Source of the DNA: Myxococcota bacterium
Lineage (GTDB): Bacteria; Myxococcota_A; UBA9042; PHBI01; JAWLBL01
Length of the DNA: 64,000 bases
Assembly: GCA_041687695.1 (NCBI GenBank)
Contig: JAWLBL010000032.1
Span: forward strand, 29,174-93,173
Direction of reading: 5' to 3'
Shown here: piece by piece, positions 49,177 through 57,893 of the stretch
Numbering within the stretch: position 1 is the stretch's first letter
Layout of the letters: every line of letters begins with the position of its first letter
Position numbers and translations under genes: made by a program
The notes under the pieces: model-generated
Told to the model about the DNA's origin: nothing
What the model saw: only the letters and a program-made list of their open reading frames with translations
The model's database searches: none

Positions 49177-49992
49177 GTGACCCGGACGCGACGCGCCATC
49201 CTGACGAGCCTCCTCGTGGCCGTGACCTCGCTGGCCCTGCCGCCATTGCAGGGGCGGGCCCGCGCCGCTTGGCTCCAGCCCTGGGACCTGACCTACAACA
49301 CGGCCTACACGCTGGACCCGGGGCAGCTCGAGTTCGGCTTGGTCGCGCCCCTGCAGTACGGCGCCACGGACCGGCTGCAGCTGGCCATCCACCCCATCCT
49401 CTTCCTGCTCGGGGCGCCCAGCATCGCGACCCGCTGGCGGTTCACCCGCAACCGGGCGCTCACCTTCGCGTTGAACGTCGGCATCAACCTGTCGGTGCTC
49501 GAGCGGCAGAACACCAACGGGAGCGTGTGCAACGCGGGCCAGGTGGTGGACGCCGACGGCGACGGAGAGCCCGACCCGTGCGGGTTCCCGGGAACCCTGG
49601 GCGCCAACGTCACCGGCAGCTGGGCCATCAGCGAGCGCTTCGTCGTCTCGGCCGGGCTGGGGCCCGCCGCCGACTTCCTGGCTTCCGACTTCACCGACCT
49701 CGAGCACGTGCGGCTGCTGGTGTCCGGCCACGCGAACGCGCTGTGGCTGCTCGACACCCACATGCTGCTCATGCTGCAGCTCTCTGGCAACCTGAATACG
49801 AGCAGCCAAGGGGACCGCCTGCTCCGCAGCGCCGCCCAGCTGATGTTCGCCTACGCGTGGGACACCACCGGCTGGGGAACGCTCCATGCGGCGGCCGGCG
49901 TCGCGGTCGGCAGCTTCCCCATCCGCACCAGCGACAACGAGGAGACCACGTGGCCCGTGTTCCCCGTCGTCGACCTCTGGCTGCGGCTCTGA
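49177..49992 (+). CDS. Exported hypothetical protein, possible outer-membrane beta-barrel
   Basis: Signal peptide; TAYTLDPGQLEFG; alternating hydrophobic beta-strand pattern to the C-terminus. Confidence 0.65.
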   Translation: MTRTRRAILTSLLVAVTSLALPPLQGRARAAWLQPWDLTYNTAYTLDPGQLEFGLVAPLQYGATDRLQLAIHPILFLLGAPSIATRWRFTRNRALTFALNVGINLSVLERQNTNGSVCNAGQVVDADGDGEPDPCGFPGTLGANVTGSWAISERFVVSAGLGPAADFLASDFTDLEHVRLLVSGHANALWLLDTHMLLMLQLSGNLNTSSQGDRLLRSAAQLMFAYAWDTTGWGTLHAAAGVAVGSFPIRTSDNEETTWPVFPVVDLWLRL

Positions 49993-50137
49993 GGGGGGCT
50001 CGCGCGGCCCGATCGCTCGCGTCTTCCGGGGCTTCCGCTTGACAGCGGCGTTCGGGCTGTCGCCATATATGGCAAGATCGGGCTCGGGGTAAGACGCACC
50101 GGGCCTGCAGGACGCCTTCCCGTCCGTGGAGGTCTCG

Positions 50138-51214
50138 ATGTCCGGTCAGCAGGCCACGTGCTCGGTGTGCAGCGCCGAGTTCACGGTCACCTTCAGCTAT
50201 CAGCGCCAGCGTCGGGCCGCCGGCGAGACCTACTTCTGCAGCCAGGCCTGCCACGAGCGAGCGCTGTTCGCGCAGGCCAGCAAGACCTGCTCGGTCTGCG
50301 AGAGCCCGTTCGAGCTGCGCTTCGCCTACCAGCAGGCCTTCGTCGGCGGGTCGCAGACCTTCTTCTGCACCCCCGAGTGCCGGGAGAAGCCCGTCCGGCA
50401 AGAGCAGCGCCAGCGCCGAGGCGCCCGCCGCATCGCCGTGATGAACCAGAAGGGCGGCACCGGCAAGACCACGACGACGGTCAGCCTGGCGCACGGGTTG
50501 GCCGAGGCCGGCTACAAGACGCTCATCGTGGACGTCGACTCGCAGGGCAACGTGGGCGTGTGCCTGGGCGCCGAGGGTCAGAAGAACCTCTACCACGTCA
50601 TCGTCGAGGGCGTGGAGCCGCGTGACGCCATCATCCCGGTGCGGCCGAACCTGGATCTGCTGCCGTCCGACAGCCTGCTCGCCAAGGTCGAGGTGCACCT
50701 CGCCCACATCCGCCAGCCGGCGCGGGTGATGAAGAGCCGCTTCAAGGACATCGACGACTACGACTACATCATCCTGGACTGCGGCCCCAGCCTCAGCCTG
50801 CTGAACCAGAACGCGCTGTACTTCGCCGAGCACGTCCTCATCCCGGTGGCCTGCGATTACCTGTCGCTGGTCGGCGTCAAGCAGATCCTCAAGACGCTCA
50901 AGACCATCCAGGAGGAGCTGCGGCACCCCATCACGGTGCTGGGCGTGCTCCCGACGTTCTACGACGTGCGTAACCGCATCTCCCACGAGGTCCTGCGCAC
51001 CCTCGAGCGCTACTTCAAGGAGAAGGTCCTGCCGCCCATCCGCATCAACACCAAGCTCAAGGAGGCGCCCTCGAAGCAGCGCAGCATCTTCGAGTACGCC
51101 CCCGACAGCGGCGCCGCCGACGACTACAAGGCGCTGGTGCACAAGGTGGTCGAGGCCGCCAAGTCCGCCCCCAGCCAGGCCCTGCCCGGCCTCTTCCTGG
51201 TGGGCGCCGCCTAG
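50138..51214 (+). CDS. ParA/Soj-family ATPase with two N-terminal TRASH-like Cys repeats
   Basis: NQKGGTGKTTT, DVDSQGN and ILDCGPSL; two CSVC...(Y/F)FC-x3-C repeats. Confidence 0.9.
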   Translation: MSGQQATCSVCSAEFTVTFSYQRQRRAAGETYFCSQACHERALFAQASKTCSVCESPFELRFAYQQAFVGGSQTFFCTPECREKPVRQEQRQRRGARRIAVMNQKGGTGKTTTTVSLAHGLAEAGYKTLIVDVDSQGNVGVCLGAEGQKNLYHVIVEGVEPRDAIIPVRPNLDLLPSDSLLAKVEVHLAHIRQPARVMKSRFKDIDDYDYIILDCGPSLSLLNQNALYFAEHVLIPVACDYLSLVGVKQILKTLKTIQEELRHPITVLGVLPTFYDVRNRISHEVLRTLERYFKEKVLPPIRINTKLKEAPSKQRSIFEYAPDSGAADDYKALVHKVVEAAKSAPSQALPGLFLVGAA

Positions 51215-51215
51215 G

Positions 51216-51381
51216 GGAGCCTGTAGTGAACAAGCTGATTGGCCGCCTCCGGCCGATCTCGGGCAGCTCCGGCCCCGGGAGACGCTGCGGAGAACCGCCC
51301 GGTTCACCTCGGTCTCCCGGAACCGGATCTGCTCCGACCTCGACTCGGATCCGACCAATCCCATTGTCCACTACAGGCTCC
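51216..51381 (-). ncRNA. 166-nt rod-like inverted repeat (structured RNA or MITE/REPIN-like element)
   Basis: Perfect 13-bp terminal IR GGAGCCTGTAGTG/CACTACAGGCTCC with nested stems. The structure is clear; identity and strand are inferred. Confidence 0.5.
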
Positions 51382-51416
51382 GAGCAGGCGGTCCCCCGGC
51401 GCTGCTACTCCAACCG

Positions 51417-51878
51417 ATGAACATCGTCCTGGTCACGCCACAGATCCCGCAGAACACGGGCAGCATCTCGCGGCTGTGCGCGGCCACCGACACGGTCCTG
51501 CACCTGGTCGGCGAGCTCGGGTTCTCGCTCGAGGACCGATACCTCAAGCGTGCGGGGCTGGACTACTGGCCCCACGTGCAGCTGCGGCGACACGAGACGC
51601 TCGAGGACGCGTTGGCCGGCGCCGATCCGGGTCAGGTGGCCTTCTACAGCAGCCACGCCACGAAGCTGTACACCGAGTTTCCCGCCGGGCCCGACGCCTG
51701 GTTCGTCTTCGGCCGAGAGGCCGACGGCCTGCCACCCGAGGTGCTCGACGCCAACCGCGAGCGCAGCTACCTCATCCCCATCACCGGCAACGTGCGCAGC
51801 CTGAACCTGTCGAACGCGGTCTCCATCGTCCTGTACGAGGCGCTGCGCGTGAACGGCTTCCCGCACGTCGCCAGGTAG
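51417..51878 (+). CDS. trmL: tRNA (cytidine/uridine(34)-2'-O)-methyltransferase
   Basis: PQIPQNTG, KRAGLDYW, FGREADGLP and RSLNLSN. Confidence 0.95.
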   Translation: MNIVLVTPQIPQNTGSISRLCAATDTVLHLVGELGFSLEDRYLKRAGLDYWPHVQLRRHETLEDALAGADPGQVAFYSSHATKLYTEFPAGPDAWFVFGREADGLPPEVLDANRERSYLIPITGNVRSLNLSNAVSIVLYEALRVNGFPHVAR

Positions 51879-51931
51879 GTCGTCGCAAGACGCGCACGGG
51901 CCGCGCGGGTCAGGGGGGGCGGCAGGGGCCG

Positions 51932-53587
51932 TCAGGGCGCCGCGGGCTTGCCGTGGCCAGGCACCATCAGCTTCTTCTTGTAGGTGTCGAAGTCGAAGCC
52001 GGGCGAGTGGTGCTTGTTGTGGCAGGTCGTGCAGGTGGCCTCGGTGGGCGAGCGCACGATGTGCTCGGCGTCGCCGCCCTCTTCGACGTGCAACGAACCG
52101 GGGCCGTGGCAGGACTCGCACTGCACGTTCTCGCGGCCCGCGGTCTTGCCCAGGATGGAGCCGCCGGCCTTCCCGTAGCCGGTCACGTGGCAGCTCACGC
52201 ATTCGGCGTCGAAGGTCTTGTCCTGCTTCTCGAGGGTGGCCCAGGCGTGCGCGTGGCGGTCGTCCTTCCAGAAGGCCTCCGTCTCGGTGTGGCATCCCAG
52301 GCAGGTCTCGGCGCCGACGTAGACGGCCTCACCCGGCTTGGGCTCCGGGAGGGTGCCAGCGTGCTTCAGGTTGATCTGCGCGAGCTCGGTATCGAACGCC
52401 TTCATGAGCGCCAGGATCTCGGGATCCTGAGGCAGGTCCCAGGGCAGCGGCATCATCCGGAACGAGAAGCTGCTCCGGCCCTGCGGCGTCTTCACCTCGA
52501 GCTTGCCCAGGCGCTCGCGCTCGGCCTCGAGCGAGGCCAGGTGGTGGCGCGCCGACTTGAGGGAGCCCTCGTCGCGGCTCGGATCCCCCGCCTGCTTGAC
52601 CTCCCACTGCGCGAGACCGTCGCGGAGCTGGCCGATCCGCTGGTCGAGCAAGGCCAGCTCCGCCTCGCTGGGCGCGCTGGCGTCGACGAAGTCGGTCGAG
52701 CCCTCGACCATGCGCACGGTCAGGCGTCCCATGAAGCGGCCCTCGCGATGGAACTGCATGACCCGCGCGCCGGACACGTCCTCGGCCTCGTCCGTGACGA
52801 CCGGGTGTTCGCCCAGGCCGCCAGCCACGACGAAGTGGATGCCAGGGACCGCGCGGACCAGGCGCTTGGTGTCGCGCAGACCCAGCGCGCTGAGGAGGAC
52901 CACGACGTCGGCCTGCTGGCCCAGCTCGGGGACGACGCGTCGGGCGGCCTCGACGGGATCGGTGATCTTCGCGTCCTCGGCCGCGCCCTCGACCTCGTCC
53001 GGCGAGGCCAGGGCGAACAGCCCCACGCGCAGGCCGCCGATGCGGCGCACCTCGAAGGGCGTCAGCGGCACGGCGCCCTTGCCGGTCAGCTGGAGGTTGG
53101 CGGCCGTCACCTTGAGCTTGGCCCGCTCGAGCAAGTCTCCGTAGGCCCCGCCGGCGGCGATGGCGTCGGTCGCGGTGGCGCCGGCCACGTCGACGCCGAC
53201 CCGCCCGACGAGATCGGCCACCAGCTTGGACTGGACCTCGCGCTGGGCCTGCTTGAGTGGGTCGACCGAGGCGTCCTCGAAGAACAGCGGCCCGGCGTGC
53301 AGCAGCGCCGCGCCAGGGTGATCGGCGCGCTCGCGCGCCAGGAAGGGCGCGAGGCGGTCGAAGCCGCCCTTCTGCAGCTCGACCGTGCAGCCGCAGGGGC
53401 GCAGGACGCCCCGGATGTCGGCCATCAGCATCAGCGTAGCCTCGCCGGTGGCCTTGCGCGGCACCGGAGGCTCGACCAGCCCCGACGGCTCGCTGGGCGC
53501 GACCTCGACCGGGTCGGGCACGCGCGGGCTACAGCCCCCCACCAGACCGGCGACGGCCACCCAGGCGATCCATCCATGCTTCGTCAC
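51932..53587 (-). CDS. Lipoprotein: 5'-nucleotidase/UshA-like domain fused to a tetraheme cytochrome c (c554-like)
   Basis: Lipobox VGGC; PCGC...GGFDR; heme motifs CLGCH, CVSCH, CESCH and CTTCH. Confidence 0.85.
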   Translation of the reverse strand: MTKHGWIAWVAVAGLVGGCSPRVPDPVEVAPSEPSGLVEPPVPRKATGEATLMLMADIRGVLRPCGCTVELQKGGFDRLAPFLARERADHPGAALLHAGPLFFEDASVDPLKQAQREVQSKLVADLVGRVGVDVAGATATDAIAAGGAYGDLLERAKLKVTAANLQLTGKGAVPLTPFEVRRIGGLRVGLFALASPDEVEGAAEDAKITDPVEAARRVVPELGQQADVVVLLSALGLRDTKRLVRAVPGIHFVVAGGLGEHPVVTDEAEDVSGARVMQFHREGRFMGRLTVRMVEGSTDFVDASAPSEAELALLDQRIGQLRDGLAQWEVKQAGDPSRDEGSLKSARHHLASLEAERERLGKLEVKTPQGRSSFSFRMMPLPWDLPQDPEILALMKAFDTELAQINLKHAGTLPEPKPGEAVYVGAETCLGCHTETEAFWKDDRHAHAWATLEKQDKTFDAECVSCHVTGYGKAGGSILGKTAGRENVQCESCHGPGSLHVEEGGDAEHIVRSPTEATCTTCHNKHHSPGFDFDTYKKKLMVPGHGKPAAP

Positions 53588-53776
53588 GGCACCCTCCGAG
53601 CTGCCCGGGCCGGGCTCGAGCTTCGGCGGGAACGGTAAGGGGGACCGGGCGAGGTGGTCAATTCACAGTCCGGGCCGCCGAGACGCGGCGGTGGGGGCGC
53701 CCGAGGCGGCGCCCCTGGCCAGGTCGCCGTGGGCGGCGGTCGAGTCGCCAGCGACGGCGACGGCGTCGGAGCGGCG

Positions 53777-53886
53777 AGGGCCATCGACCCCTCGTGGCCA
53801 ACGGAGGCGCTCGGGGCTGCGACGGCGTCAGGGGCGGAGCCGCAAGGGCCATCGACCACTCGTGGCCAACGGAGGCGCTTGGGGCT
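53777..53886. repeat. Intergenic 42-bp direct repeat, two copies 68 bp apart
   Basis: AGGGCCATCGACC(C/A)CTCGTGGCCAACGGAGGCGCT(C/T)GGGGCT at 53777 and 53845. Confidence 0.85.
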
Positions 53887-53927
53887 ATGCTCCCTCGTCG
53901 AACGGACTCGCAGGACCGCTCCACAGC

Positions 53928-54914
53928 ATGCGTCGCCTCTCGCTCTCGCTCCTCGCACTCGCCACCTCGGGGTTGCTGCTGGGCGGCTGCGCGCGCTGCG
54001 GTTCCGAGACGGGAACCGACGCCGAGGGGTCGGAGCGGTCCGCCGAGCCGGACGTAGCCAAGGGGCCCAGCGCCGACCCCATGCGACCCAGGCTGGGCGT
54101 CCTGATGGTCAGCGACCTGACCCATCCGGGCGAGCGACCTGTCGACCTGTCCATCGAGCTCGACGCGATGGTGCGGGCCGCCTTCACCGCCGGTGGCAGC
54201 TTCACCTCGGCGGCCGAGGACGACCCGACGGCCTGCAAGGCCGAGGTCTCGGTCTTCTATGCGGCCATCGAGAATGGCCTCGTGGCCCCCAGGGCCGAGG
54301 CCGGAGAGGTCCGGGCGGCCATCGGCGGCAACCTCTTTTGCCCTCGGGACGGAGAGGTCGAGGTCTTCAAGACGGAGTTCACGGGCGAGGAGCGCTTCGG
54401 GGGCGACCACGGAGGGGACGCGCCGACTCGGGCCCGAGCCCTGGTCGCCAAGCTCGGCGAGCGCACGGCCAGCGGGCTCGCCGGGCAGCTGATGATGCGC
54501 CACGCCAGCGACGACGAGGTCATCGGCGCGCTCGCCTCGTCCAAGGCGGTGGGTATCCTCATGGAAGCGGCCGGCGAGGCGGGCGAGCGCAAGCTCTCCC
54601 AGGCCGTGGGCCACCTGAGCCGGCTCGCCCACCACGACGAGAGCGCCGTCGCCCTGCGCGCCGGCGCCGCCCTGGGCCTGCTCGGCGCCCGCGAGCCCGA
54701 CGTCCTGCGCGCGCTCGCCAAGATGACCGAAGGCCCGGACCAAGAGCGCCACCTCGTGGCCATCCACGCGCTCGGCGACATCGGCGGCCCCGAGGCCGCC
54801 CGCTACCTGGACGCCATCGGCGTCGGCCACCCCGAGCCGGTCCTGCGCGACCTGGCCCGCGAGGCCGCCCGCCGCGCCCGCGCCGCCGACGAAGCCGCCG
54901 CGCCCGCGCCCTGA
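53928..54914 (+). CDS. HEAT-repeat lipoprotein
   Basis: Lipobox LGGC; C-terminal HEAT-like repeats (AALGLLG, AIHALGDIGGPEA). Confidence 0.75.
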   Translation: MRRLSLSLLALATSGLLLGGCARCGSETGTDAEGSERSAEPDVAKGPSADPMRPRLGVLMVSDLTHPGERPVDLSIELDAMVRAAFTAGGSFTSAAEDDPTACKAEVSVFYAAIENGLVAPRAEAGEVRAAIGGNLFCPRDGEVEVFKTEFTGEERFGGDHGGDAPTRARALVAKLGERTASGLAGQLMMRHASDDEVIGALASSKAVGILMEAAGEAGERKLSQAVGHLSRLAHHDESAVALRAGAALGLLGAREPDVLRALAKMTEGPDQERHLVAIHALGDIGGPEAARYLDAIGVGHPEPVLRDLAREAARRARAADEAAAPAP

Positions 54915-55049
54915 CGGCCGCCCGGCTCCTCCGAGGAACTTGCGCTCGGCCGGTTTGGCGCGATGCTGCCCCCGCCGGCGCCCAGGCGCCCCTCGACATC
55001 GCGACGACACCCGTGAAGGCGGCCGCGCGCCGCCAGGAGAAGGCAGGAC

Positions 55050-56429
55050 ATGCTCGACGACATCCGCCGCGTGCACCTCATCGGCATTGGTGGCATCGGC
55101 GTCTCGGGCGTCGCCCGGGCGCTGCTCGGGCTCGGCTACGAGGTCAGCGGCTCCGACGTCCGCGAGTCGCAGATCACGACGGCGCTGAGGCACGAGGGTG
55201 CGACGGTCCACATCGGGCACAGCGCGGACCACGTCCGGGGCGTCGACCTGGTCGTCTTCTCGACCGCCGTGCCCGAGACCAACCCGGAGCTGGTCGCCGC
55301 CCGCGAGCAGGGCGTCCCGGTGCGCCACCGCGCCGAGGTCCTCGGCGCCATCCTGGACCTCCACGAGACCGCCGTCGGGGTCATCGGTACCCACGGCAAG
55401 GGCACCGTCTCGGCCGCCATCGCCTGGATCCTCGAGCAGGCCGGCGCCCGCCCCGGCTTCATCATCGGCGGCATGCTCGAGAACTTCGCCAAGCTCAACG
55501 CCCGGCTCGACCCGGCTCGGCGTCTGGTCGTCGCCGAGGTCGACGAGTCCGACGGCTCGCTCAAGCACGTCCACCCGACGGTCGTCGTCGTCAACAACCT
55601 CGAGGCCGACCACCTCAACTACTACAAGGACCTCGACCACGTCCTCGAGACGGTCGTCGCCTGCCTCAACGACAACCCGCGCCTCGAGCGCGTCATCGTC
55701 AACGCCGACGACGCGGGCGCGCGCAGCATCATCCCGCGCCTGAAGGCGCCGGTGACCACCTTCGGCCGCGAGTGGGAGGCCGACCTGGTCGGCTTCGAGC
55801 CCGAGGTCGGTCCGATGGACAGCCACTTCCGCGTGCGCCACGGCGGGCAGACCCTGGGCGAGGTCGCGCTGGCGGTGCCGGGCCTGTACAACATCGACAA
55901 CGCCCTCGCCGCCATCACGGCCACCCTGCAGCTGGGTGTGTCCTTCGACGCCATCCAGGCCGCGCTGGCCACCTACCACGGCCTCGAGAACCGCTTCACG
56001 GTCGTCGACGTCGGGGGCCGCCGCGTCATCAAGGACTACATCAGCCACCCCACGGGCATCCGCCGCGTCCTGGCCGCCGCCAAGCAGGACGGCCGTCCCA
56101 TCGTCGCGGTCTTCAAGCCCTACCGCTTCACGATGGTGAACTACCACCAGGACAACTACGCCGAGGCCTTCCACGACGCCGACCGCACGCTCGTCACCGA
56201 GCTGTACACGGCCGGCGAGGTGCCCATCCCGGGCATCGACACCGAGTTCCTGTGCGACAAGATCCGCAGCCGCGGGCCGCTGGTCGAGTTCATCCCGGAG
56301 ATGAACGACATCGTCCCCTGGCTGCACGCCAACGTCGGCGACCGCGAGCAGGTCATCTTCTTCGGAGGCGACGACCTCTTCGCGCTGGCCGACCGTTACG
56401 CCACCGAGCTGCGCGAGGGTCGCTCATGA
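55050..56429 (+). CDS. murC: MurC-like UDP-N-acetylmuramate--amino acid ligase with divergent motifs
   Basis: HLIGIGGIGVSG, SGSD, EVDESDGS and NLEADHLNYY; atypical GTHGKGT, KDYISHP and FKPYRFTM. Confidence 0.8.
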   Translation: MLDDIRRVHLIGIGGIGVSGVARALLGLGYEVSGSDVRESQITTALRHEGATVHIGHSADHVRGVDLVVFSTAVPETNPELVAAREQGVPVRHRAEVLGAILDLHETAVGVIGTHGKGTVSAAIAWILEQAGARPGFIIGGMLENFAKLNARLDPARRLVVAEVDESDGSLKHVHPTVVVVNNLEADHLNYYKDLDHVLETVVACLNDNPRLERVIVNADDAGARSIIPRLKAPVTTFGREWEADLVGFEPEVGPMDSHFRVRHGGQTLGEVALAVPGLYNIDNALAAITATLQLGVSFDAIQAALATYHGLENRFTVVDVGGRRVIKDYISHPTGIRRVLAAAKQDGRPIVAVFKPYRFTMVNYHQDNYAEAFHDADRTLVTELYTAGEVPIPGIDTEFLCDKIRSRGPLVEFIPEMNDIVPWLHANVGDREQVIFFGGDDLFALADRYATELREGRS

Positions 56430-57763
56430 TCATCGAGGGTAAGTGCTTCACCGTGGTCGGCGCCGGGCGCAGCGGCGTCGCGGCCGCCAACGTGCTGGCC
56501 CGCCGCGGCGGCGACGTCGTCCTCGTCGAGGCCAACCCCGACGCCCAGCGCCCCGACGGCCTCGACCCGCGCGTCGCCTTCGAGCCGGGCACCAACCGCG
56601 TCCGCCCGGCCGACATCGCCGTCCTCAGCCCCGGCATCGCCGAGGTCTCGCCCGTCCGCGGCCAGATCGCGGTCGCCGCCAGCGAGACCATCGGCGAGGT
56701 CGAGCTGTTCCATCGCCTGTGCCCCGCGCCCATCCTGGCCATCACCGGCACTGACGGCAAGAGCACCGTCACGACCATGTTGGGCGCCATCTGCGAGGCC
56801 TCGGGCCGCCCCACCTTCGTCGGCGGCAACCTGGGCAACCCGCTGTGCGAGGGGCTGGACGCGCTGACCCCCGAGCACGTCGTCGTCGCCGAGATCAGCT
56901 GCTTCCAGCTGACGACCTGCCACCAGTTCCGCCCACGCGTCGCGGTGGTGACCAACATCGCCGAGGACCACACCGACTACCACGGCAGCTTCGAGGGCTA
57001 CCAGGCGGCCAAGCGTCGCATCTGGATGAACATGGGGCCCGCCGACACCCTCATCGTCAACGCCGACGACCCCTACATCGCCCAGTGGAAGCTGCCCGAC
57101 GCGCCGAGGGTCCAGCGCTTCTCGGTCGGCGGCCGGCCCGCCGAGGCGCGCCTCGAGGGGGGGCTGCTCCGGCTGCTCGTCGACGGCGAGATCGTCGACT
57201 TGATGCGACGCGACGAGCTCAACCTGTTGGGTCTACACAACGTCGCCAACGCGCTGGCCGCGGCCAGCGCCGCGGTCGCCTTCGGCATCGACCCCCAGGT
57301 GGCCCGGCGAGCCCTGCTGGCCTATCAGCCGCTGCCGCACCGCATGGCGCTGGTCGGCTCCTTCGGCGGGGTGCGCTGGATCGACGACAGCAAGGCGACC
57401 AACCCGAACGCCGCGTCGGCCGCCCTGCGCGCGGTCGAAGGCGACCTCGTCCTGCTGGCCGGCGGCTCCAGCAAGGACACCGACTTCAGCGAGTTCGGCG
57501 CCCTGGTCCGCGATAAGACGAGGGCGGCGGTCCTGTTCGGGCAGACCCGCCATCAGCTGGCCGCCGCCATCGGCGACGAGCACCCTCTGGCCGTGGTCGA
57601 GACGCTTGGCGAGGCCGTGGCCATGGCCCAGACCATCGCCAAACCGGGCGACACGGTCCTGCTCAGCCCGGCCTGCGCCTCCTTCGACCAGTTCAAGAGC
57701 TACGCTCACCGCGGCGACGTCTTCGCCGGCCTGGTCCGCGCCCTGATGACCCCGGACAACTGA
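56426..57763 (+). CDS. murD: UDP-N-acetylmuramoyl-L-alanine--D-glutamate ligase
   Basis: GAGRSG, ITGTDGKSTVT, GGNLG, DDSKATN and LLSPACASFDQF. Confidence 0.93.
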   Translation: MIIEGKCFTVVGAGRSGVAAANVLARRGGDVVLVEANPDAQRPDGLDPRVAFEPGTNRVRPADIAVLSPGIAEVSPVRGQIAVAASETIGEVELFHRLCPAPILAITGTDGKSTVTTMLGAICEASGRPTFVGGNLGNPLCEGLDALTPEHVVVAEISCFQLTTCHQFRPRVAVVTNIAEDHTDYHGSFEGYQAAKRRIWMNMGPADTLIVNADDPYIAQWKLPDAPRVQRFSVGGRPAEARLEGGLLRLLVDGEIVDLMRRDELNLLGLHNVANALAAASAAVAFGIDPQVARRALLAYQPLPHRMALVGSFGGVRWIDDSKATNPNAASAALRAVEGDLVLLAGGSSKDTDFSEFGALVRDKTRAAVLFGQTRHQLAAAIGDEHPLAVVETLGEAVAMAQTIAKPGDTVLLSPACASFDQFKSYAHRGDVFAGLVRALMTPDN

Positions 57764-57893
57764 TAAGGCACGGCTGGCGGGTCGGCCGACGCGCCAGCCT
57801 GCCGTGACGAGCCGCTGGTCCCGCGGCTTTTACCTCGACGCTCGCGGCGCCCTTGACTATCTTCCCGCGCTCGCGACCGAGGGAGAACCCGCC

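Noticed and set aside
51226..51420. 64-aa ORF over the rod-like repeat
   Set aside because: Atypical codon usage and no motif; the region is better explained by its inverted-repeat structure.
53385..53400. Selenocysteine in the CGC motif of the cytochrome fusion
   Set aside because: Both codons read TGC on the minus strand; there is no in-frame TGA.
57764..57893. pheS attenuator or T-box leader
   Set aside because: A GC hairpin is present, but there is no Phe-rich leader peptide, T-box consensus or U-tract.
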